DNA from: Octopus vulgaris
Taxonomy: Eukaryota
Assembly: GCA_951406725.2 (NCBI GenBank)
Contig: OX597815.1
Location: 60,078,001-60,142,000, forward strand
Length of the DNA stretch: 64,000 nucleotides
Reading direction: 5' to 3'
The notes beneath the pieces were generated by a model. The model worked only from the letters and a program-made list of their open reading frames with translations, did no database searches and had not been told where the DNA came from. Numbering within the stretch: position 1 is the first letter of the stretch; every line of letters starts with the position of its first letter. Of this stretch, positions 51,998-64,000 are shown piece by piece. Made by a program: the position numbers and the translations under genes.

Positions 51998-52077
51998 CGC
52001 TTATGAATGCATAATTATGTAAGTATAATAAGCACCGAAAAAACGTACGCAAGACAGCTCCATCTTGATATAAATAA

Positions 52078-52192
<115 letters not shown>

Positions 52193-52303
52193 TAGCTATA
52201 GATATTGTATAAAGGATCGTGGGTAAGGCCAGAACAACGCGAAGTGAATGCAAAGCAAGTCACAAGAAAACAAATATATGAATTAATGTTGACTTGCCTT
52301 GCA

Positions 52304-52339
52304 TTCAATATTTCGGGGTTATAACCCCATTTTCAAGAA
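52304..52339 (-). ncRNA. Candidate ultra-minimal hammerhead with U3-A8 core
   Basis: Minus strand: ttc-TTGAAAA-t-gggg-ttataa-cccc-GAAA-tat-T-gaa. Confidence 0.45.
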
Positions 52340-52422
52340 ATTAACGAATATTGCTGATGTGCATTGTTCTGGCCTTACCCAAGATCAGTATATTCTACGC
52401 AATGCTTCATAGAAATTATTCC

Positions 52423-52474
<52 letters not shown>

Positions 52475-52810
52475 TTATGATGCACAGAAGCGTATATGAA
52501 ACCCAGTTGTGTGAAATAGGGAGATTTTGAGGAGTAAAGAGTAGGAAGATAGAGTGGGTGGGCGTGGGTAATAAACAAAGCAAAAGGCGGAGTGCGAGAA
52601 TTTGGTAGAGCATGAAAACAAGGCTTTTGCTCGGAACCGAAATACATGTACACTTGCATACACACCCGAACACATACACATACATAGCTCCTAGATACAC
52701 ATATACACACACTCACACATTGATACATATAACTCCCAGCACCCTCACGCCACACGCAAATACACATATACGTACAACACATGCAAATGCACACATCAAC
52801 ACAGACACCC

Positions 52811-52856
<46 letters not shown>

Positions 52857-53417
52857 GTACACAAACGCACATATGACTCCCCAACACAGACATACACATG
52901 GAAAAAACAAAGATACCTCCGCATACATATATGCGAGCATATACATATAGACACAATGGAAAGAAGACACGAGAGATAATGCCAGTGTTGGTGTTGTTGT
53001 CTGTGTGTAATAGATTAAGTGTGAAGACAAGATGGCGTCAGTGTGGTTGTGGTGGTGGAGAGGAGGTGAGAGGAAGTGATGGCATGTTTGGTCGGTAACG
53101 GAAGGGATGTCCTAGATAATTCTTTTGATGACAAGAGCAACGGCAGCAGCAACAACAACAATAACGTCACAACAATGATAACAACAACAACAACAACTAC
53201 AACAACAACCACAACGACCACAAATACGATAACAAAAAGAAAACTTCAAAAGCCACAAAACAAGTCGGCGAAGAGAACTTATAATAAAAAATCAGTAGTA
53301 GCAGCAGCAGCAGCAACAACAGCAACAATAACAACAAAGAATAGGTCCAACGCCAACAACAAGAACAAGAACATCAATAATAACCATTAAAAGCGTCAGA
53401 CCATATTCCAAACTCGA

Positions 53418-53459
53418 TGCCAGATGGAAGGACTAATCTCCTTCGAAATCAAGAAAGCA
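53418..53459 (+). ncRNA. Degenerate hammerhead-like motif
   Basis: tgc-CAGATGG-aagga-ctaatc-tcctt-c-GAAA-tcaaga-AA-gca; several core substitutions. Confidence 0.35.
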
Positions 53460-53597
53460 ACACTTCAGATGGAAATACTGAATAGTGTTGAAACACGCTC
53501 AATATTTCTGTACTACACAACATTACATGAAAATACCAGTACAAAATTTCATACGAATATATGATATAATATAGTGTACGCATATTATATATATATA

Positions 53598-54576
53598 TTT
53601 GTGTCTATGTTTTTCGTCTCTCTATGTGTTCGACGTCTTTTTGGTGTCCTGTACACATATATGCGTGTATATGTACATGTAGAGGTAGGTACGTACATAT
53701 ATGTTTATATATATGCATATATTTTATTAACATATTATACGACTAAACGCACGCACCCTATTAAGTAAGATTGTTCTGTTTATCAAGTTCGCCTTGATAT
53801 TAACTCTCACGCGACTCTGCATCTTTCTTTCTTTCTCTCCCATTCTCTCCCATTCCCTTTTTCGTCTTTTTTCCCTCACTTAACTTGTCTCTTCCTCTCT
53901 CTCTCCCCCTCACTGTTCTTCATGGTCTCCTCGCACCATTCCCCTTCTTCTCTCTCTTCCTCTTGCTCCTCCTCCCCATTCCCGTCGTCCATCTGCGACG
54001 TTACTTCCGTCGTAACTGCTCCTGTCCTTTCTCGCCCGCCTTCTAAGGCCACTGGTCGACATCTTCCTCTCTCGTCGTCCACTATAATCCAGCGTTTGCA
54101 ATACTTTTTTCGTCTGGCGTTAACAGCCCTTCTTATCTTGTTCTCCTTGTCCTGTCTCTCACTGTTATATATTTATTTTTCCACTGTTTATATATATATT
54201 TTTTATTGTTTATATGTTTGTACTGTCGTTACCGTCTTGCTTTTTTTACCCCTCTGCAAAAAGATCTCAGAATTTTAATTGATTTGCTTTTCGCAGGAAG
54301 GAATTTTTCATTCGAAGTATACGTCTCGCTTTTATCCTTCGAAACGTTTAGTAGATGAAACTTTAGCGACTGAAGAAGGGGATTTTTCGTTGTGCTTATT
54401 GTCCTGTATCTCTCTCTCTTTTTTTTTGCCTGTCTTGTTCCTTGGTTTGTGTCTATGTTTTTCGTCTCTCTATGTGTTCGACGTCTTTTTGGTGTCCTGT
54501 ACACATATATGCGTGTATATGTACATGTAGAGGTAGGTACGTACATATATGTTTATATATATGCATATATTTTATT

Positions 54577-54583
<7 letters not shown>
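53598..54583 (+). mobile_element. Non-coding PLE-like module: 848-bp unit with identical 138-bp terminal direct repeats in (TA)n
   Basis: 53598-53735 is identical to 54446-54583; pyrimidine-rich interior; HHR-like elements at 54334-54383. Confidence 0.8.
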
Positions 54584-54616
<33 letters not shown>

Positions 54617-54731
54617 AAAATTACAATTATAAGCTTACCGATAATGGTTCTTTTAACATACCGAACTACTTGGTAAGATTATTAATTATAAATTGATTAA
54701 TAAATTTACCCTTTATTATTATTGATTATAT

Positions 54732-54798
<67 letters not shown>

Positions 54799-54812
54799 TA
54801 TATAAATGGATA

Positions 54813-55197
54813 TCACAACCGTGACAGAAGGCGCTGATTAGCACCGATTTTGCTAAAAATAAGAGTTAAAATAACTCAAAAGCTGCAAAAACACTTACTT
54901 AATGACTGGCGAAGGGAGGTAAGTCCACAGCGTATATGGTCGGCTTGCGATTTCGGATTTTGATGTAGACCATCCTAATCTTCATCAGCGACTGACAAAG
55001 GAAGTGGAGTTTAACCCTAGGTGTTAAGAGTCGCTAATGGTCTACATCAAAATCAGAAATCGCGATCCCGCTATGCATGCTGGGAATCTACGTCCCTTTG
55101 TCGGTCATTAAGACAGTGCTTTTGTGGCTTTTGAGTTGTTTTAACTCTTATTTTTAGCAAACGCGGTGCTAGTCAGTACCCTCTGTCACTTTTGTGA
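54813..55197. mobile_element. Head-to-head inverted pair of an HHR-bearing terminal repeat
   Basis: 54813-54992 is mirrored (diverged) by 55029-55197; the right arm lacks part of the core. Confidence 0.8.
54939..54992 (-). ncRNA. Type I hammerhead, canonical core, decayed helix III
   Basis: Minus strand: gtcg-CTGATGA-agatt..gatg..catc..aatcc-GAAA-tcgcaa-GC-cgac. The mirror copy retains GAAA-tcgcga-TC. Confidence 0.6.
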
Positions 55198-55325
55198 CTT
55201 CTATTAATTTAGCTTTTAGGTTCCAATTGTTAATAAGTCACCATGTTTAATTTGTGATACATACATACATACATATATACATACATACATACATGCATGC
55301 ATACATGCATACGTACATACATACA

Positions 55326-55359
<34 letters not shown>

Positions 55360-55387
55360 CATATATATATACATATACATACATACA

Positions 55388-55437
<50 letters not shown>

Positions 55438-55456
55438 AATATATATATATATGTGA

Positions 55457-55753
55457 GTGTGACCCTCTTCGGTCAGAAACTGACCATGGGCTTGCACCTA
55501 GAGAGTTACCCTCTGAGGCACAAGTCTGGGCAAGGTTGTTTTATGGAAGACCAGCAGTCGCCCATGCATACCGGCCTCCCCTCTCCACGTCACCGACGTT
55601 GTCCAAGGGAAAGGCAAGGGCCGATACAGCTTGGCACCTGTGACGTCGCAACTCATTTCTACAACTGAGTGAACTAGAGCAACGTGAAATAAAGTGTCTT
55701 GCTCAAGAATACAACACGCAGCCCGGTCCGGGATTCGAGCTCACAACCTCACA
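55457..55753 (-). mobile_element. 5'-truncated tRNA-derived SINE
   Basis: Aligns to 29375-29665. Confidence 0.85.
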
Positions 55754-56171
55754 CTTAAGTTGAAGCATCAAGTCAGTCCGGTATTATCCAGACAGCTCGA
55801 AGTAAGGCGAATAAAATCAAAACAAGCAACAGGATATCAAGTAGTGATGCAGTACCACCATTTGAAGCGGCTCCATTTAATTGAACAATGCAATCATTAC
55901 ATCAATTTCAATGCAGTGCTCTCTTCAGCTGCATAAATAAATAAATAGAATTTTAACAAGTAGGACACATTAATATAATTTTTCTCCAATATTTCAACAG
56001 AGCAAGATGGAAGAAATTAATGTTGTCACTATTGTAGCGACATGAATTTATTCCATGACTGCATTGTTCAATTAAATGGGGCCGCTTGAAACGATCGTAC
56101 AGCATCACTACTTGATATCATATTGTTTATTTTAATTATATATATATATATATATATATGCATATATATAT

Positions 56172-56251
<80 letters not shown>

Positions 56252-56749
56252 GTGTGTGTGTGTGTATACACACATATATATATATATATATATACATTTA
56301 TATACATATATATATGTATATTTATAAAATGGCTGTGCCTCAGCATGGCCGCAGCTCTCGAGCTGCACCTAGTAGAACAGTAAAAGAAGGAGCACATACT
56401 CACACACAGACACACATACAAACTAACACACACATCTATAAGAACTTGGAGTTAAAATATGATCGACATATTTCAACTTCTGTAGGAAAATTCATTGGAG
56501 TTACCGTGAAGAGAATTATTCTCTAGCTCTTTAGGCGCTATCAGTGGGAGATACTGAAGAGTGGTAAGTATGAGCAGATTTTAAACTCGTAGCTTTAACT
56601 GAAACACAGTAAACAACATTGAATGAGTTGCGCTATTAGACCGCCAGAAATAAATAAAATAATAAACCTGTTGAGGTTCGGTTTATCTTCTATTACGTGT
56701 GACCTCCTTAAGCTCCCTGAATGTAGTGCCCGTTCTGTGTCAATAAGAT

Positions 56750-57830
56750 TCTAACATCTATGTTGTTAAGCGAGCCTTCATATTCTAATTGAGCGTGTTG
56801 GTAGAGCACTGACGAGCTTTTGCCCTCCTTGAGCTCCTATTAGTGTTTTCTTATCCGCTCACATATGCTACGTGCTATCGCTGCAAATTACGCGGTTGTC
56901 CTGTTTCTGCACCGTCCCTCTGTACATATTATGCTATAAACTACGTTCCTAGTTTTACAGTTTATCTGTAGGCTTACACACTCTACAGTTCCTATCCATA
57001 CAAGGGATCCTATCCATACAAGAGATCTACAGATCAAGGATTTTATGAGCTGCCCGGTCTTTCTACTACTTTAATCCTAAAAAGATATGTTAGTTCCCCT
57101 TCAGGAGTATCATTGATTAACCTGACACTCTGGTATTTTTGGTTATCTTAGTACTTTCTATGTTATTCTAGGATTTACACCTGTATAGCAGGTAGATCCC
57201 ATTAGCGTCATTCTCCACGAAGGTCTTATATTTTGCCCTGGCTTCTTTGTATACCCTGATCCTGTCTCTTTGGCTACGCAGAAAACTGTATGCAGTGGTT
57301 GAAGTGTTGTATGAGTCTCTTTAATTCCATTAGATCACACATGCAGGACATGTTTATCATCCCCCTTATCAAGTTCGCCATTAAGATATTGAACTTGATA
57401 TTATCTGCAATAATTGCATTCCAGTGGATCAAGTCTTTAGAGGCCATAAATTTAGCAAAGTGGCAATGGAAGGACCTCGTGATTCCTTGTTCCTCTGTTT
57501 AAAACATGTAGTCTGGAGTTAGGGTGTTTACTTAGGTAATCTACTGTAAATTTAATACTCTGATGGAGTTAGCTATCTGCTGGATGCTCTCCAGAGTGCT
57601 AATTTCCAGTTTGTGGACACTATCTTTTAGGGGTGCTTTTGCTACTATATTGATATTATCAACATAGCGGGAGTACATTTTCAGGATTCTGGAGCTCTCT
57701 TTTAAGCGTTCTTTGAGTCTCCTATTCCACCATACCAATAAGAAGTTAGTCACATTGCCAGTGATACTGACACCGATGCTGCACCCTTTTCTTGGGCGTA
57801 TATATTCTTATTAAAATTTAAAATGTGGCC
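56750..57830 (-). pseudogene. Highly decayed Penelope-like RT fragment
   Basis: KGCSIGVSITG.VTNFLLVWWNRRL..LKMYSRYVDNI (YxRYVDD-like); boundaries approximate. Confidence 0.6.
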
Positions 57831-58469
57831 CTATTGTGTAACTTTGATACTCCCCCCTACCGCACGTGTCACCATTTTTCTCATCTGATCATGGTTTTCG
57901 AGTGTCCGTATGGCTCTGGTCCACTCGTTCCGACTTTCGTTTGCGATACTCTTGGCCTTTGAAGTTGGGTTACGTTGACCATAAAGTCTGGATGCATAGA
58001 CGAAAATGCATATTTTCAATAATTTTATTCAACTCCTTCAACTCCATTTATGAATAATATTTTCAACCTAGTTTCCACCATTACTGATGCACTTTATGAG
58101 ATTCACATGAACCCGATGCAGTAACGTCACAATTCCGTCATTGACACCTCCAGAATTTATAATGACGCTGTATATAATTTCGAGCTAGATTTTATCTAAA
58201 AACCAGTGTTGATTATGCTATATTATTCGAACCTAGCGGTTTGACATGCAAAGTCGATAAAAAAGATAACAGAATAGGTCCTGGGCTGAATATATTAACC
58301 TAAAAACTTAAAGAAAGTAAAGTAGTATGGCTGTAGTTCTTGGAGGGAAAATGTGTGTATGTTTTTTTTTTAGAAATAGCAAACTATCTTTGTTAGTAGG
58401 TTTTCACAACTTCTTCAATAAACATATCCTTCCTCAGTGTGTGAAAACATATCGTTCCTCAGTGTGTGT

Positions 58470-58635
58470 GGCCACAGTTATTTCAACACTGTATAAAAAC
58501 AAAGAAAATAATGACGATGGCAATAATCACAGAGGATTATTTCTTCACATTATAATTGGCATATTCAGTTTTCGAATAATTTAGCAGAGATCAGAAACTT
58601 GGATACTGCATGCCCTGAGTCACAATATGGCATCA
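58470..58635 (+). pseudogene. Short RTE-type RT fragment
   Basis: TLYKNKE..DGNNHRGLFL..IIG and CPESQYG (LYKNKG..DCNNYRGISL..PESQCG motif). Confidence 0.7.
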
Positions 58636-60358
58636 ACATCAAGAAATTTTTGTATATGTATGTATGTACGTGTGTATGTATGTATGCATGTATGTATGTA
58701 TGTATGTATGTATGTATGTATGTATGTATGTATGTATGTATGTATGTATGTATGTATGTATGTATGTATGTATGTATGTATGTATGTATGTATGTACGTA
58801 TGTATGTGTGTGTATGTGTGTATGTAAGTGTGCATGTTAGGATGTATGTACGTATGTACGTATGTGCGCATTGCCCAAGGTATGACTTTAAACTGCATCC
58901 CGGTAGTGGGGCTTTGGTTTTGGATTTCCAGGGTTTTGAGGAATGTGGAATCACTTCTTAGCCGCTATTGCTCCGAGGTCTATTCTGAACTGGTGTTGTA
59001 GCACCTGTCAGGGTCTCACCTACGAGTCAACTAGCATATGAGTGATGGGATGTAGAAATACTCAGGCTGGTGTCCGAAGATGCTGTAAGCTCACTAGGAA
59101 TAAGAGACCCTGGCTTTTGTTAAGGCATCCCGCTAATAGAGAGCTAACCCGTATAGAAAATCCGCGGCTCTACTGAGCCAGATATCTTGCTCTTTGCTCT
59201 GGGTATCCTCGTATTGTTAGTAAGAGTCGTCGTGTTGTGCAAGCCGCATTCAACTCTGATAAAATCGTTGTACAGGCAATGATTACGTCCGTCTAAGGAA
59301 TACACAATCATCACATACATATGAACTCTGTAAGTCAACAAGGCACGAACATAGAACAGCTTTTTGCAGAATTGTTTTATCGCTTCTGCGTAACTCGGAT
59401 ATTCCCATCTGAGAGCACTTCCAGGTGTATAGGGTTTGTTTCGAACAGGTAGAAACCTTCGATACATACAATGCCTTACTGGTAACGAACAGAAGTAGTC
59501 GTTACTAAAAGGAGATAATAAATAATTTACTTCATCCAACCGAAGTATACTGGCCAAGACTTACTCGAGCCAAAATGATATTTTGACTCGAGACATGCTG
59601 GATGAAATATAATTCCTGCGATTGGCGAGCACAAATTTTGCGCTGTAAAATAACCCTCACGTGAAATAATTTTTGAGCTTAAAAATAAAAATAATTAAGA
59701 ATTAAGAATCAAAAGCAGAATATCAAAAGAAGATAAATAACATACGGCAATTGCAAAAAAAAAAAAAGAACCCCAATAACAAGCAGGTAAATAATTCAGT
59801 CGTTTGATACATTCTCACAAAGAGCTGCACATGTTCTCTACATTACTCAGTACATTTGTACGTGTGATAAGTACTCGAAATACTCGTCTACCAAGTACCA
59901 TCGTCAACGACACAGTCTTTATTACAAATAAATAAATGAATTATAGATAAATAAAACTTATATTCTTCATCACATGTGCATGTACATACCCCTACATTTG
60001 CGAATCTCTACACACGTATTATCACTCAGCACCCACTTGTATACTTCCAAGCGTGAACCATGCAATCGTGAAGTATATGCCACTCGGAAAGCATATATCT
60101 GCAGTTTGCCTATAAATCTACATATGCAAACACACGTATACACACGCCCACCCGTCTGCATGCACACACACACTTATTTTCATTTATGATATTCCGTTGT
60201 CAGTCAGTGAGACACACATATGCACTTATTCAGACATTGCAAGGCAGACTTACTTGCATATTGGCACAATCATAGCAACACTTCGCTTCCAAATGATTGT
60301 GCTCCGTATCTGGAGGTATTAATGTGTCACAATTATAGGGGTGGCGGCACATTAATCT

Positions 60359-60995
60359 CTCTTGATATGTCCGGGCATTGCTGACTTGTGGAGCTATGTA
60401 GAACAGCTGCTGTTGCGTGTGGGACGGATCTGTCTATCGTCCGAGTCCATAGTGATGATTGTCCGACTGTCCTCCTTTAATCGGGCAGGCAAGGCAATTT
60501 TCCTTTGCCTGGTGGCTGTGACGAAAGAGGCTGTTTGGTGGACTAGGCTGAAAGGCATGAAGACAGATACATTCCTCTTTGGTAGATCTCTCATTGACTT
60601 CTTCAAGTTTCACTTGAAAATGAAACTGAGGTGGAGAAGGAAGTGCTGTCTTCGAGTAAGTTTATTGAAAGGTGGATGAAAGTTGTGAAAATAGCAAGAG
60701 TGGATGGTACCTCTCTAAGTGTAGACCTGTGAGTCGGAGAGAAGGAATTGGGGAGGGTATTTGCCTTTGGTGTTTAAGGAGATCTTGGGACTGTGATATT
60801 CCTCAATTATCCCTAAAGCTCATCCTGTATCATGAGGACTACATCTCTATCACCCGACCCCTTTTTGTTAACCTTTGTGTACTATGCATATTTCCCTTCC
60901 TTTTCACATATATACTTACTCTTTTATTTTAATTTTATCATTTCTGTTTTGTACTGCTCCGCCTCATCCTTCACTCTGGTGGCAAATAAATGAAA
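60359..60995 (+). mobile_element. Tx1/L1-type LINE 3' end
   Basis: LLICPGIADLWSYVEQLL..LVAVTKEAVWWTR; 3' UTR with aataaa and (ATC)n tail. Confidence 0.65.
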
Positions 60996-61013
60996 TTATC
61001 ATCATCATCATCA

Positions 61014-61050
<37 letters not shown>

Positions 61051-61054
<4 letters not shown>

Positions 61055-61240
61055 GATTTGGCTCAGATTCGTTCTTGTTCTTGGTAGAATTTATGTGAGT
61101 ACTTGTCATCTTAGGTATCCACAATCTTTCAATAGTCTTTCAAGTGCTAAAAACTCGCCTGATTATCTTTCTTGTCCCTAAGAGGCAAACGTTCTGTAGT
61201 AGCTCTACAAGCCATTCTATTTCAATCTCTTTCAACCGTT
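61051..61240 (-). mobile_element. R4/Dong-type 3' terminal fragment with (TAA)n tail
   Basis: Minus strand: RLKEIEIEWLVELLQNVCLLGTRKIIRRVFST*. Confidence 0.75.
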
Positions 61241-61860
61241 GGCCCGAAGAACGGTTTCGTCACTCTACGCATACCCCGGAAAGCCCGTCTGACAGCACAT
61301 CCGTGCCGGTAGAGTTTATCTCGAACCATTTCAAACCAGTAGCGCCCCTCGTTAGCACTGGCAGTCCAAGGACATCTGAAAATTATTCATGATAGTTTCC
61401 GATCGGAATGTCCACCGGAACGGACTAGCCCGATTATTTTCATGAACGCCAAGAGTCTCCCCGAGAATGTCGTCACACTTCCCTGTCACTAATCCTCTAT
61501 AAATTTCTAAGTGGAAATCCACCGATCCTATTGCCCAACCAGTAGAGCGCATGGCGGCCTTCTAGGTACTAGGCGTCCAATCTTGGTCTTTTCTTCCCTC
61601 AAGACTGTAGCTCTTAAAGGGGACAAGCTACGAAGAGACGTGCCTTACAAACAGAGCCCATACATTCGCGCCATCTATAAATCGGTGCAGGTGGCGCAAT
61701 TGAAGATATACTTAATCCGTCACTCAGAGGGTTCTGACAGCAGATTGACGTCCTGACCATTGGAACACGTCCCTTCCACAAGAAATTCAATAAGAGACCC
61801 TCCAACCTGGTCAAGCAATAACCAGGACAAGGCACAACGGCCAGGCGATAAATGATGGTT
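61241..61860 (-). mobile_element. Tx1/L1-type LINE fragment (post-RT, zf-RVT region)
   Basis: IIYRLAVVPCP..LEGLLLNFLWKGRVPMVR..CCQNP..GL; RDKLYRHG; ends SDETVLRA. Confidence 0.7.
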
Positions 61861-61995
61861 TGTATAAAAGATTGAGGACGGCACAGAACAACATAACACA
61901 GAAAGAGTAGGATTTAATCGTGTAATTCTCTGGTTGACCTCGCAAAGTCAAACTGGTTTCGACTGGATTTGCATGTCTCGTTTTCGTTAGAAATG

Positions 61996-62032
<37 letters not shown>

Positions 62033-62596
62033 ATCTGCTACAGCTACCAGCGGTCGCGGTGGAGTCGGCAGTGTTCTTGCTTGTGTTGTCGCTTTTTGTC
62101 ATTGATTTCTTTTGTTCCTGCGACGGTGAAGGAGATGGTAAAAGCAAGGAAAAATTGTTTTCATAGGCTTCACGTGCAGTATTGTTGTTGTTTTCACTGT
62201 TGTTGCTGCTGCTAGTATCGTTGCATTTGTTACTGTTGTCATAGCAACAAAACAAAATTCTATTTCTCTTTGACGATAAATCAATTTTAACTCAAGCCTG
62301 CGTTCGGTGTTAAAACTGTGTGGACAGAACGTTGCTCACTGTCGATTACTATTATTTTGTAGTATTCCGACGTATTTTAAACATTGGAAAATATGTGAAT
62401 TCTATCTTCGATAAAAAATGCAAAATAAATATCATTGAGTTACATTTATATCAAGCAACATCCCATCAATCCAGACAGTAGAAGCAAAATTATACAAAAA
62501 TATTTGACTGAAAGGGGCCCAAGTAGCCAAAACGCTTGATTAAACACTGAAAACTTACAGAGCTCCATCTTTCTACATATTTCCAGTATGGCGGCC

Positions 62597-62642
<46 letters not shown>

Positions 62643-62644
<2 letters not shown>

Positions 62645-63845
62645 TGGGGGAAGAGGAATATTGCAGGTAGAACTGTGCTATAGGACTTCCATAATAGCAA
62701 TGAACAAGTACTTATCTAGCACAGAGGACTGGATGCTGCAAACACGAAAGCAGCAAAAAATCATATTTTATTGTCAAGGAAGCTTGCAAATTCGCAAGTG
62801 AACTCGGCATCAACCATGAAGTAGGTGAAGAACATGAAACCACTGCTACCCAACAAGCAAAACGAATCAAATAGACTTCAAAAACAGAACGGGCAAAATC
62901 AAATTGAGGAGTGATAGAGCCAGAAGCCTCTGCATGGACAGTATATACTTCGAAGCCGAAATGCTGATGTAGACCAAGTAACAACCCATCAATGACTGAG
63001 AAGTTCAGGACTGAAAGCAGACACTGAACGTTCCATGTTGGCAGCACAAGACCAAAGCTTGCTTACCAAAAACTACCAGGCTAACGTTCTTCAAAACAGT
63101 TCTGAGCTTAAATGCAGATTCTGCGATACATTTGATGAAACAATGGACCATCTCATTTCAGGATGTTCTGTGTTGACACCAAACGAATACAAATATCGCC
63201 ATGATAGGGTAGGGCATCATTTACATTGGAAAATATGTAAAAACTGCAAAATCAACACTCCTACTTACTAGTATGAACATCATCCTGAGCCAGTTGTTGA
63301 AGGTAAAACTGTCACTATCCTCTGAAATTTTCCAGTCAACACCGACAGAACGACCCAGGTTACTCAACCAGACATAGTTATTAAAGGCAGGGAAGAAAAT
63401 ACTTGTAGACCAATAGACATCAGTGTTCCCACTGATAAAAATATATCTGTAACGGAATTTGATAAATTAAGTAAATATAAGGCCTTGGAAATTGAAATAC
63501 AAAAGATGTGGTATCTTAAAGCGAGAACTGTTCAAGTTATTGTGGCTGCCCTATGTATGATAAGAAAGGGTTGTGAGAAACATCTAGATAATATCCTAGG
63601 GGAGCCATGTCTCAGAGAAATCCAAAAGGTTGTGCTGAGAAGTACTGCCTACATCCTTAGAAAAACCCTAACAATTTAAATGTCTGTGTTGTATTACATG
63701 AAGATATTTCGCTACTGCCTACTTTCGCTACTTCCCTTTCTCAATCTTTCAGTCATACTGTACCATCTGTTATCCTTCACTCGCGCTAGGCTGTTGGGTG
63801 TGTCTTGGCAAGTGATATTGACAAACATGCAGATTAAAAGTAAAT
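62643..63845 (+). mobile_element. 5'-truncated R4/Dong-type element between (TAA)n arrays (same family as 41410)
   Basis: AAQDQSL.TKNY; CRFC..ETMDHLISGC; RHDRVG; QKVVL.STAYILRK; aligns to 42075-43090 plus 44430-44570. Confidence 0.9.
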
Positions 63846-63847
63846 AA

Positions 63848-63878
<31 letters not shown>

Positions 63879-63883
<5 letters not shown>

Positions 63884-64000
63884 CGCAGGGTGAGGGCAAT
63901 ACACAAGAAGAGCTGATTGCAAGAAACAGGATTGAAACGATCAATATTTTAATCATACTGGTCGTGACTTACAGTTTCAATATTATTGACTGGTCAATTA
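63879..64000 (+). mobile_element. Start of another 5'-truncated R4/Dong-type copy
   Basis: YRRVRAI..ELIARNRIETINIL..VVTYSFNIIDW matches YYRRVRSILKTELNAK..INTLAVPVISYSYNILNW of the 44650 element. Confidence 0.75.

Larger units (their letters stand above)
51283..52061 (-). mobile_element. Retrozyme-like element: 485-bp unit plus ~295-bp direct repeat, two canonical HHRs
   Basis: 51283-51576 is repeated at 51769-52061; (TA)n on both flanks; no credible ORF. Confidence 0.85.

Noticed and set aside
58060-58145. Minus-strand hairpin ending GAAACTAG, possible HHR relic
   Set aside because: Core too degenerate (ATGACGG) to distinguish from chance.
59144-59557. 137-aa minus-strand ORF in non-repetitive sequence as a host exon
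   Set aside because: No motif recognised, non-ATG start, no supporting neighbours.

Overview
AT-rich, microsatellite-saturated eukaryotic intergenic/intronic DNA with no recognisable host protein-coding gene. The repeat families resemble those of coleoid cephalopods such as Octopus; this is inferred from pattern recall, not tested. Almost everything is transposon-derived: a decayed Ty3/Gypsy integrase, RTE-type LINE relics, tRNA-derived SINEs and a decayed mariner with TIRs. There is also a near full-length Penelope-like element (PLE; RT + GIY-YIG, direct pLTRs), decayed PLE fragments (one Naiad-like), Helitron RepHel fragments, a young 5'-truncated CR1, Tx1/L1 fragments, and chains of R4/Dong-type RLE retrotransposons in (TAA)n arrays. 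The most striking signal, invisible in the ORF track, is about 20 hammerhead-ribozyme (HHR) or HHR-like motifs found by eye on both strands. Most are minimal type I folds whose helix III is a short palindrome differing between families. Several sit in 430-850 bp non-coding modules with terminal redundancy, tandem copies or inverted copies next to (TA)n. These look like non-autonomous retrozyme-like RNA elements, probably mobilised by PLEs. The best case is a tandem pair of canonical HHRs 485 nt apart (51443-51997, minus) with compensatory changes in helix II. Structures were folded by hand and coordinates of decayed elements are approximate.
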